The position numbers and the translations under genes are program-made. This document shows positions 29,446 through 40,404 of a DNA stretch of 64,000 nucleotides, one piece after another. Origin of the DNA: Bacteroidales bacterium. GTDB lineage: Bacteria > Bacteroidota > Bacteroidia > Bacteroidales > UBA12077. The stretch is from positions 3,123 to 67,122 of the forward strand of contig WTBR01000050.1 of the NCBI GenBank assembly GCA_013138975.1, given 5' to 3'. The first letter of the stretch is position 1. Every line of letters starts with the position of its first letter. The notes under the pieces are model-generated. The model was not told the origin of the DNA. It made no database searches and saw only the letters and a list, made by a program, of their open reading frames with translations.

Positions 29446-31899
29446 ATGATCTACTCAAACTATATTACTAATTTCTTTAAAAGATCTACAAACAAGAATG
29501 TTAAGCTTGTTAATATGTTTTTTATGTATGTTTTATTAGTAATAACTTTGATCTTTATAGTTGTTTTATTTTTTTGGTTAAAAAACGAATATACCCACCT
29601 ACAAAAAGAAATCTCAAGAATTCAAGAAGAAAATATAGAGACTCAAAAAGAAAATATAAAAAAAGAAACAGAAAAAGTCGTAAATTATATAAACTATAGA
29701 ATTAATCTAGCAGATAAAGACATTCAAGAAAAACTAAGTTCACGAGTAAATCTTGCTTATAATATAGCCTCAACCATATATAACGATAATAAACATAAGG
29801 CCTCCTCTGCTGAAATTAAAAAATCAATTAAAGATGCTTTACGTCATTTGCGTTTTGATAATGGTAGAGGATATTTTTTTATAAAAAGCCTTGATGGTTA
29901 TCAAGAGCTATTCGTATTACATCCAGAAAATGAAGGTAAATATGTTTATAACTTAAAAGATGATTTAGGCAATTATGTAATGCATAATGAATTAGAACTT
30001 GTTAAATCAAAAGGAGAAGGATTTATTTCTAATCATTGGAATCGTCCGAATTTAGATACAAATATAGCTTTTAAGAAATTATCCTTTATTAAGTTTTTTG
30101 AACCCCTAAACTGGTATATTGGAACTGGTGATTACTATATTGATTTTAATTCAAAAATTCAAGAAGAAATACTTGATTGGTATTCAAATTATAGATTTTA
30201 TGAGGAAGGCTATATTTTTATTAACACCTATGAAGGTGATGTGAAATTATTGGATGGTAAAGTTGTTACAGAAAAGAAAAATAATTGGAATCTGGAAGAC
30301 CCTAATGGAGTTAAAGTAATTCAAGAGCAACGAAAGACTGTTAAAAATCCGGATGGAGGTTTTATTTATTATAACTGGCGAAAGCTTACAAACACAGATA
30401 TACGTCAAAAAATATCATTTGTTAAAGGCATCCCAGATTGGCAATGGATGGTTGGTGCAGGTGTATATATTGATGATATTGATCAAATTATTAACGATAA
30501 AAAAGACGAAGTCTATAAATCCATAAAAAAGAACATTTTAATAATCATTCTGTCATTATGTATCGTATTTATTATTCTTTATTTATTAACCAAATATATA
30601 TCTAAAAGAGTATCTAATAATATTAATTCAGTTATTCAGTTTTTTAAAAATGCTTCTAACAAAAACACTTTAATTGATAAATCAAATATAAATTTTTATG
30701 AATTTAAAGTATTAGCCGATTCGGCAAATGAAATGGTTTCCGAAATAAAAAAAGCTCATGTGCAAACTCAAAAAGAAAAAGCTCATTTCGAAAAACTTTT
30801 TAAAGAATCTCCTGAGGCTATTGCTTTTATAGATAATGAAGGCCTTGTTAAAAAAATAAATCCTGAGTTTACTAAATTATTTGGCTATGACACTACTGAT
30901 ATCATCAATCAAGATATAGATAACTTTATAGTTCCCGGCGAACTGCTAGCTCAAGCGCAAAATCTTACAAATAGATTTAAAGAAGGATTTAAAACTCAAA
31001 TTGAAACTATTCGAATAAATAAAAACAATCAAAAAATTCCGGTCTCAATTATTTCTACACCATTTAGTATAAAAGAAAAATCTATTGGATATTTTGTAAT
31101 ATATAGGGATATTTCTAAACAAAAGAAATTTGAACAACAACTCTCCGATTCTAAAACCAAAGCTGAAGAATCTGATAGATTAAAAACTTCATTTCTTACA
31201 AATTTATCGCACGAAATAAGAACTCCTTTAAATGCAATAATTGGCTTTTCAACCTTATTAAATACAAAACAAGTATCAAGTGATAAACAAGAAGAATATC
31301 TGGGTATTTTAGGAAGTAGTGGGGAATTATTACTCGAAATAATTGAAAATATTATAGATGTTTCTAAACTTGAATCATCTACCCTATTTGTAAATAAAAC
31401 TAAAAATGACTTAAATAATATATTTAACGAATTATTTATTGAATTTCTTGAGATAAAAGACAGTAAGAAACTAGATAAAATTGACATTATTTTAAAAAAG
31501 GAAATTGAAGATGGTGAATTGATTGTTTTTATCGACACCAAAAGAATAAAACAAGTTTTATCTAATTTATTAGATAATGCTTTAAAATTTACGATAGCAG
31601 GTCAGGTTGAATTCGGTTATTATATTAAAAGTAAAGAAATAATCTGCTTTGTAAAAGATACAGGAATTGGAATAAAAGAAGATGAAATTAATTTTATATT
31701 TAATCGCTTTAGACAAGTAGATGAAACTTTAACAAGAAAATATGGAGGTACAGGTATTGGCTTGGCCTTGTGCAAAGGTCTCATTGAGTTAATGGATGGG
31801 GAATTGTGGGTAGAATCAGAAAAAGAAAGCAAACAAAAAGGAGCTAAATTTTATTTCTCAATTCCATATAATAGAGAACAATTTGGCGAAAAGAGTTAG
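29446..31899 (+). CDS. sensor histidine kinase with double Cache_2, PAS, HisKA and HATPase_c
   Basis: Two GYxF...KDxxG...Y.W...KISF...WxW Cache repeats; SHEIRTPLN; GTGIGL. Confidence 0.93.
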   Translation: MIYSNYITNFFKRSTNKNVKLVNMFFMYVLLVITLIFIVVLFFWLKNEYTHLQKEISRIQEENIETQKENIKKETEKVVNYINYRINLADKDIQEKLSSRVNLAYNIASTIYNDNKHKASSAEIKKSIKDALRHLRFDNGRGYFFIKSLDGYQELFVLHPENEGKYVYNLKDDLGNYVMHNELELVKSKGEGFISNHWNRPNLDTNIAFKKLSFIKFFEPLNWYIGTGDYYIDFNSKIQEEILDWYSNYRFYEEGYIFINTYEGDVKLLDGKVVTEKKNNWNLEDPNGVKVIQEQRKTVKNPDGGFIYYNWRKLTNTDIRQKISFVKGIPDWQWMVGAGVYIDDIDQIINDKKDEVYKSIKKNILIIILSLCIVFIILYLLTKYISKRVSNNINSVIQFFKNASNKNTLIDKSNINFYEFKVLADSANEMVSEIKKAHVQTQKEKAHFEKLFKESPEAIAFIDNEGLVKKINPEFTKLFGYDTTDIINQDIDNFIVPGELLAQAQNLTNRFKEGFKTQIETIRINKNNQKIPVSIISTPFSIKEKSIGYFVIYRDISKQKKFEQQLSDSKTKAEESDRLKTSFLTNLSHEIRTPLNAIIGFSTLLNTKQVSSDKQEEYLGILGSSGELLLEIIENIIDVSKLESSTLFVNKTKNDLNNIFNELFIEFLEIKDSKKLDKIDIILKKEIEDGELIVFIDTKRIKQVLSNLLDNALKFTIAGQVEFGYYIKSKEIICFVKDTGIGIKEDEINFIFNRFRQVDETLTRKYGGTGIGLALCKGLIELMDGELWVESEKESKQKGAKFYFSIPYNREQFGEKS

Positions 31900-31971
31900 A
31901 TTAAAAATTAAATAAACAAAGAAATAATTTTCAAATTTTTGGATTAATAAGCATTTTCTTATTATTGCAAA

Positions 31972-32691
31972 ATGCCCGAAAAAATAATCCATTTTAATGA
32001 TATTGGAAGAATTACATTTCGAAAGAATAAACGCTCAAGAAATGTTAGCATAGCTATTCGTCCATTAAAAGGAGTAATTGTAACTCTTCCCTATTATCTA
32101 AGTTATAGATATGCTATAAATATTGTTGAAAGAAAAAAAGATTGGATATTAAAGCAACTTCCCAAAATCGAACATATCGAAAACAAAGCAACCGTTTTTA
32201 CAGAGAATACCATATTTAATACTAAATATCGAAAACTTGAGATCTGCAAGAATTCCGAGAATAATATAACATCAAAAATTACCCCCGATTCAATAATAAT
32301 AGGCTATCCTGAAAACCTTGATGTAAAAAACCCTGCTGTTCAGGAGATCATAAAATCTGTAATAATAGAAGCACTTCGTAAAGAAGCAAAAGAATATCTA
32401 CCAAAAAGAACATTGCAACTAGCTGATAAATATGGCTTTAAATTCAAAAAAGTATTTATTAAAAATAATATAAGCCTTTGGGGTAGTTGTTCATCAGTTA
32501 ACAACATAAATTTAAATCTACATTTACTTCGATTACCGAATTCCTTATTAGATTATGTTATAATTCATGAACTATGCCATACCGTTGAAAAAAACCATGG
32601 TAAAGGATTCTGGAACCTTATGGATTCTATCCTTGGCGACTCAAAATTAATTTCAAAAGAACTAAAAAATTATTCACTCCAGATTTATTAA
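31972..32691 (+). CDS. YgjP/DUF45 (SprT-like M48) metallohydrolase
   Basis: WGSCS, DYVIIHELCH, NHGKGFW. Confidence 0.9.
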   Translation: MPEKIIHFNDIGRITFRKNKRSRNVSIAIRPLKGVIVTLPYYLSYRYAINIVERKKDWILKQLPKIEHIENKATVFTENTIFNTKYRKLEICKNSENNITSKITPDSIIIGYPENLDVKNPAVQEIIKSVIIEALRKEAKEYLPKRTLQLADKYGFKFKKVFIKNNISLWGSCSSVNNINLNLHLLRLPNSLLDYVIIHELCHTVEKNHGKGFWNLMDSILGDSKLISKELKNYSLQIY

Positions 32692-32780
32692 AAATTTTAT
32701 GCTTAACATTTGCGAACCAGAAATTTGATTTTTTCCTAAATTAGTGTAAGTTTAGAGGTTATTTATAAGAATATTTTGAT

Positions 32781-35072
32781 ATGAAGATTAATGTAAAAAT
32801 GCTTGCTTATATCCTATCTACTTCAATGTTAATTTTTATTACATCTGTTGGGTATATAACTTTAAAATCTAGAAACTTATCGCTAAAAGAAGCGCAAGAT
32901 CTTACGAACATAACAGCGCAAAAATATGCCAATGTTATTAAATCTGAATTAACTTCCGATTTCAATATCGTAAAAACTATTGCACAAGCTGGTCATGCAT
33001 ATTTATCTGTTCCTTGGGATCAGTGGAATAAAGTATTTTTAGAGCAACAACAAAATGTTATTAACGAAAACCCGCATTTTCTTGCTGTAGCAACAGCTTG
33101 GGAATTAAAATATATCGACCCAGAATGGAATAAACCTTTTGGTCGCTATACAAATGGTTGGGTTCGTGATGTTGATGGAACTATAAATCATTACGAAACT
33201 AAAGCCGGTCTCGATGGAGATGACATAAATGGTAATTATTATACAATGAAAACAACTGGTGTTTCTATGATAGTTGATCCTAAATTATGGTCTCCAACTG
33301 GTAGAATAGAAGATCAATATCTTAATACAAACTTATCGGTACCTATTAAGTTAGGTAATTCATTTATTGGTTTAGCTGGAGTTGATATCGATCTTAATAA
33401 ATTTCAAGATATTATTGTAAATATTAATCCTTTTGAAGAAAGTTTTTCTTTCCTGTTGTCTAATGATGGAACCATAGCGGCACATCCAAATTTAGAATTA
33501 ATGGGTAAATTAATTTCAGAAGTATTCCCTGAGTTTACAGAAAAATATAATATTGACGAAAAGGTTAAGAAGGGTGAAAACTTTTCATTCACACATAAAA
33601 AAGAAAATGGTGAAAAAGATTTTTACGTTTTTGCCCCAATTAATATTAAAGGAATTAATACACCATGGTCCTTAGCTATTTCAGTTCCTAATAAAGTTAT
33701 AACATCAGAATCAAACAGTATTTCATACAATGCATTAATTGTATGTTTTTTAGGATTGATATTATTAACAGTAGTAATTTGGCTTATTTCAAAAAATATT
33801 ACAGATCCTGTTATAAAAATTACTGAAATTCTTAAAAGCCTTGCTAAAGGTAAAATTGATGAGTCATTATTGATGGACGTAAAAACCAAAGACGAAATTG
33901 GTGAAATGGCTCTAGCACTAAATACATCAATTCAAGGTTTAAACAAAAAAACAGCATTTGCTAATCAAATAGGTTCTGGAAACATCGACTTTAAATTAGA
34001 TCTGGTAAGTGAGGACGATCAACTAGGTCAATCCTTAATAAATATGCGAAATAGCCTTTTAAAGGCAAATTCAGAAGAAGAAAAACGAAAAATTGAAGAT
34101 GAAAAACGCCGTTGGATAAATGAAGGTTTGGCTAAGTTCGCTGAGATACTTAGAAATAATAATAATGACTTAAATATCCTTGCTAATGAAATAATTAAAA
34201 ACCTGGTTTACTATATAGATGTTAATCAAGGAGGATTATTCATACTAAACGAACAAGAAGGATCTGTTATAAATTATGATTTGCTTGCTGCTTTTGCTTT
34301 CGATAGAAAAAAATTCATCAAAAAAACAATTGAACTAGGTGAAGGCTTAGTTGGATCTTGTGCAAAAGAAAAAAACACAATTCATTTAACTGAGGTTCCG
34401 GAAGATTATATTAATATAACATCGGGTTTAGGTGAGGCAAATCCTAATAGCTTATTAATAATTCCATTAATAATTAACGATGAAGTTCTTGGAGTTATTG
34501 AATTAGCCTCATTTAAAAAATTTAAAAAACACGAAATTGAATTTATTGAACAGGTAGCCGAAAGCATTGGAGCAACTTTAAAATCAGTCCGTATTAATTC
34601 AAAAACATCGTACTTACTTGAACAGTCGCAACAACAAGCAGAAGAAATGGCTGCGCAAGAAGAAGAAATGAGACAAAATTTGGAAGAGCTTCAGGCAACA
34701 CAGGAAGAATCTACCAAGAAAGGCAACGAATTTAGTAGCGTATTAAACAGTATCGATAAGTTTATATTAAAAGCTGAATTCGATTTAAATTTTAAATTAA
34801 TAAATGCGAATGATCTTTTCTTAAAACAATTCAAATATACAATGACCGAAGCTTTAGGAATGGAAGCAGAAAGTTTTATCGCTAAAAAAGATATTAGTAA
34901 ATTTCATGAAATTTCCAACACCGTTATGTCAGGAAACTCACATCAGGAAATTACATATTTAAAAAATAAAAATGGAATTGATTTAAGGCTACTTACGTCA
35001 TTTGCTCCTGTTTTTATTAATGAAAGTTTTAATAAAATTTTATTTCTTGCAGTAGATTTAAAAGATTATTAA
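32781..35072 (+). CDS. Cache-HAMP-GAF-coiled coil-PAS membrane receptor 1 (one repeat unit)
   Basis: 2 TM around a dCache domain, [13 protein letters not shown], GAF (QGGLF...GEGLVG...GVIELAS), [13 protein letters not shown] coil, PAS. Confidence 0.85.
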   Translation: [763 protein letters not shown]

Positions 35073-35129
35073 AAACATATTAAAGCTAAATCCGTAGATA
35101 CTATCTTTAGCGATTTTTATCATTTATTA

Positions 35130-37712
35130 TTGAGTAAAATAAAAATATTGACCTTTATGAAAATGAAGTTAAATTTAAAAAGTAAAATGCAACTGTTTTT
35201 AATATCCTTATCGGTTGCTATATATGGTATTGCAATAGGTTATATTAGTATAAGTGCTAAAAAAACATCTTATACCGATTCAGTCGATTTAGTAATTTCA
35301 AATGCTGAAAAATATGCCATTAAAATACAGGCTGATCTGAATGATTACATGGCTACTGTGCGAACATTAGCTAATGCCTTTACAGTTTATAAGGATATGC
35401 CCAGAGAACAATGGGATCCATTATTCATAAAAATGTATAATAAAGTATATCTAGACAATCCCTCTTTTTATAAACTCTGGGATAGTTGGGAATTAAATAA
35501 AATTGATGAAGCATGGACAAATCCAACCGGACGTATAGCGAATGTGTTTTCTCGAATAAATGGCTCTGTTTCTCATAAACAAGACATAAGAAGTTTAGAT
35601 GGAGATCCCGCACTTTATGCAAAAATTAAAAATCAGTCAAAAGACATGGTTTTGCCAATTTATTTTAATGAATTTATTGACGAAAACGAATCATCCAGAC
35701 TAATGACCAGCCTAATTTCTCCTATTATTGTTGATAATGAATATCACGGAATGATTGGTGTTGATCTTATTCTGGAAAGATTTCAAAAGATGATAACAAA
35801 CATAAATCTCTCGCGGTTCACTAATAGTTTTGCCTTTCTTTTAACTGAAGAAGGTAAATTTGCAAGTTACCCAGACACAAAACTACTTAATCAAATTGCA
35901 ACATTTACATTAAAAACAGGTGAAAACTTCGAACTATTAAAGAACATCAAAAAAGGAGAAAACTTTCATATTATTACAGTTGATAGTACCAAAAAATCAC
36001 ATTTTATCGCATTTGCCCCCATTAATATTGGCAGAACAAATACTCCCTGGTATCTTGGCGTTTCTGTCCCAATAAGCTCAATAATGGCTCAAGCAGACAG
36101 TAACTTTATGATTTCATTGATTGTTGGTTTAATTGGCATTTTAATTTTAAGTTTTGTAATCTATATAATTACTAAAAACATTACAGATCCAATTCAAAAA
36201 ATTACAGAATATCTAAAAGAACTAGCACAAGGAAAAACCAATACAAAACTTGATTTAAATATAAATTCCGGAGATGAAATTCAAGAAATGACTTTGGCCT
36301 TAAAAACTTCCATTGAAGGACTGAATTTAAAAACAGAATTTGCTAATAATATTGAATCCGGAAATCTCGACTATGAGTTTAATTTGCTTAGCGATGATGA
36401 TAATTTAGGACTTGCTCTTGTTGAGATGAGAAATAGTCTTAAAAAAGCTAAAATTGATGAACAAGAAAGAAAATCTGACGATTATAAACGCAATTGGGCA
36501 ACAGAAGGACTAGCAAAATTTGCTGATATTCTTCGTCAGAATAATGATAATCTGGTAAAACTCTCTAATGAAATAATTAAAAATTTAGTTTATTACATGG
36601 AAGCAAGTCAAGGAGGATTATTTTTACTTAACGATGAAAATAAAAGCGACATTTTCCTTGATTTAATATCTGCCTTCGCCTATGATAGAAAAAAACATAT
36701 TGAAAAACGTATAGCATATGGAGATGGAATTGTTGGTTCTGTCGCTATTGAAAAAGAAACTACTTATATCGAAGATCTTCCAGAAGATTATATATCAATT
36801 GTTTCCGGATTAGGAGAGGCAAATCCAAGCGCATTACTTGTTGTTCCCCTTAAAATGGAAGACAAAGTCTTTGGAGTAATAGAAATTGCTTCATTCAAGA
36901 AATTTGAAAAATATCAAATTGAATTTGTTGAAAAAGTTGCTGAAAATATAGCATCTTCAATGTCCTCGGTTAAAATTAACATTCAAACAAATGAATTGTT
37001 AGATAAATTCCAACAGCAATCAGAAGAAAAGGCTGCTCAAGAAGAAGAATTGCGTCAGAATATGGAAGAAATGCAAACTATTCAAGAAGAATCAAATAGA
37101 AAGGCTCTCGAAACAAATAAACTCCTTGAACAATCGGAACAACAAGCAGAGAAGATGGCTGCCCAGGAAGAAGAGATGCGTCAGAATATGGAAGAAATGC
37201 TAGCCATACAAGAAGATTCAACAAAAAAGACCGAGGAAACAAATATACTTCTTGAAATATCACAACAACAAACCGAAGAGATGGCTGCTCAGGAAGAAGA
37301 AATGAGACAAAATCTAGAAGAACTTCAAGCTACTCAAGAAGAAGCAGATCTCAAAAATACAGAAATGGAAAATTTCTTAAACGCATTAGAACATTCAAGT
37401 TGTGTTGTTGAATATAACACAGAAGCCATTGTTACAAAAGTAAATGACAATTACCTTAACTCACTTAATCTAAAACGATCAGAAGTCTTAGGAGTACATC
37501 ATTCAGATAAGACAAAGTTTACAAAGAAACAAAAAGCTGAATATGATAAATTTTGGAATGATTTAAGAAAAGGAGAAAACAAAAAAGAAAAAACAAAATA
37601 TATAATTAATGGTAAAGAAAATATATTTTTAGAAGTATATACACCTATTATGAACGAAAATGGGCTTGTAAATAAAATACTGAAAATATCAAATAATGTA
37701 AATGACTTTTAG
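35130..37712 (+). CDS. Cache-HAMP-GAF-coiled coil-PAS receptor 2 (three repeat units; start possibly ATG 35157)
   Basis: Paralog of receptor 1 with 3 x 42-aa units. Confidence 0.85.
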   Translation: [860 protein letters not shown]

Positions 37713-37732
37713 AATTATAAAATACTGTTCTC

Positions 37733-40372
37733 ATGAAAATTAAACTTAAAATTCAACAAAAAATTCAACTTTTTATTATTTCTGCATCAATAATAATTTA
37801 TATTCTTGCTATTGGATATATTAGTCTTAATGCTCGCAAAATGGCCTTTAAAGATGCCACTGAAGTTACCAATAGACATGCACACGAAAGCGCAAACGAT
37901 ATCAAAGCCAAACTTGAGGCCGATTTAGCACTAGTTAGAACTCTTGCAGATGCTTTTCATACATACAAATACTTACCAACAGAACAGTGGCAAGATCTTT
38001 TTTTAAAAATGTATAACGAAGTATTTATATCAAATCCTCACATTTACAGCCTTTGGGATAGTTGGGAATTAAATGCTATTGATCCCGAATGGGATAAACC
38101 AACTGGTAGATATGTAATAATATTCTGGAGAGAAGGTGCTATTATAAAGCACAACGTTGAATACAGAAGCCTTGATGGCGATCCCGTTTTATATGGAGAA
38201 ATAAAAACCAGAACCATCCCTTCTATCTGGGAGCCTTATGAAGATGTATATGCTCAAGATAAAGCCGAAAAGTTTTTAATGACAAGTATGAATGCTCCTA
38301 TTATGGAAAATGGCAAATACATAGGAATAGTCGCTATTGATATTACACTTAATCGCTTTCAAGAACTTGTTGAGGAAATAAAACCGTTTGAGGGGAGCTA
38401 TGCATATCTAATTTCAAACGGAGGATTAATTGCGGGGCATCCCGAAAAAGAATTGTTGAATTCTAAAATTGAAGAACTTTTCCCCGATGATAATAATAAA
38501 TATGAAATTTCTAAAAATATTCTCGAAGGGAATCCAATTAGCTATATTAGCGAAGATGAAAATGGTGTGGAAAATTTCGTATCGTATGCACCAATTTTTG
38601 TAGGAGAAACAAATACTCCCTGGTCGATTGCAATTTCAGTTCCTTTAGATACAATTATGGCAAAAGCGAATCGAAATTTTCGAATTTCTTTTATTGTCGG
38701 AATTCTTGGAATTTTACTTATGGTTTTAGTTATAGCGATTATTAGTCGCAACATTACCAATCCAATTACTAAGATAACAAATCTGCTTAAACAACTTGCA
38801 AAAGGTCATTTAGATGATAAAATGAAAATCAATATTGAGACAGGTGACGAAATTGAAGAAATGACTGAAGCACTTAATTCCTCAATCAATGGACTAAACA
38901 AAAAGGTAGATTTTGCTAATCTTATTGGAAAAGGTGAATTAGACTCAAGTTTTGATTTATTAAGCGAAGAAGATGTTCTTGGTAAATCTTTAATTGAAAT
39001 GAGAACGAGCTTGATAAAAGCTGAAAAAGAAGAAGAAAAACGTAAAATTGAAGATGAAAAACGCAGATGGGGTAATGAGGGTTTAGCTAAATTTGCTGAC
39101 ATTCTACGTCAAAATAACGATAACCTTAAAAACCTTGCATCTGAAATTATTGTAAACCTTGTTAATTATTTAAAAGCGAATCAAGGTGGATTATTCATTT
39201 TAAATGATGAAGATAAAGAAAATGTACATTTAGATTTACTTTCTGCTTTTGCATATGACAGAAAGAAATTCGTGAAGAAAACAATCTTAATTGGAGAAGG
39301 TTTAATTGGAACTTGTGCCATTGAGAAAAAAACAGTTTTCATGACAAATGTTCCCCAAAATTATCTGAAAATAACTTCAGGTTTAGGTGGTGCAAATCCA
39401 AGTAGTTTATTAATTGTTCCTTTGAAACTGGAAGATGATGTTTTAGGTGTTATAGAAATTGCTTCTTTTAATGTATTTGAAAAACATGAAATAGAATTTG
39501 TAGAGAAACTTGCTGAAAGCACAGCAGCTACATTATCATCGGTGAGAATTAATTTAAGAACAACGGAACTCCTTGAAGGATCGCAGCAACAAGCCGAAGA
39601 AATGACTGCTCAAGAAGAAGAGATGCGTCAAAATTTAGAGGAATTACAAGCTACACAAGAGGAATCATCAAGAAAGACAGAAGAAACAAATAAGCTTCTT
39701 GAACAATCGCAACAACAAGCTGAAAATATGGCTGCGAAAGAAGAAATGTTGCGTCTGAATATGGTGCAAATGGTAGCCGTACAAGAAGAATCAAATCAAC
39801 AAGCAGAGAAGATGGCTGCCCAGGAAGAAGAGATGCGTCAGAATATGGAAGAAATGGTAGCCATACAAGAAGATTCAACAAAAAAAAGCGAGGAAACAAA
39901 TAAACTCCTTGAAATATCACAACAACAAACCGAAGAGATGGCAGCTCAAGAAGAAGAATTGCGTCAGAATATGGAAGAAATGCAAACCATACTAGAAGAA
40001 TCAAATAAAAAGACCATCGAAATGGAAGGTTTTGTTAAAGCTCTAAATTCATCAAGTTATGTTATTGAATATGACATTAACGGAATTATCCAAAAAATTA
40101 ACGATAACTATGTAGAACTTCTCGGAGTTAATAGAGAAGATGTAATTGGAACTCATCATTCAGAAAATCTTAAATTTACAAAACAACAAAAAGTTGAATG
40201 CGATAATTTATGGGAAAAGCTTAAGAACGAAGAGATTGTTAAAGAAACATCAACTATAACTGTAAATAAAAAAGAACTTGTTTTTTCCGAAACATATACA
40301 CCAATAAAAAATGCTCAAGAAAAAGTATATAAGGTTTTGAAGATTTCTAATAATATAACAGATTTTCAATAA
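37733..40372 (+). CDS. Cache-HAMP-GAF-coiled coil-PAS receptor 3 (about four repeat units)
   Basis: Paralog with four units, one junction shortened by 14 aa. Confidence 0.85.
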   Translation: [879 protein letters not shown]

Positions 40373-40404
40373 GTATAATAGAAATTTAACATGCAAAAAT
40401 AACT

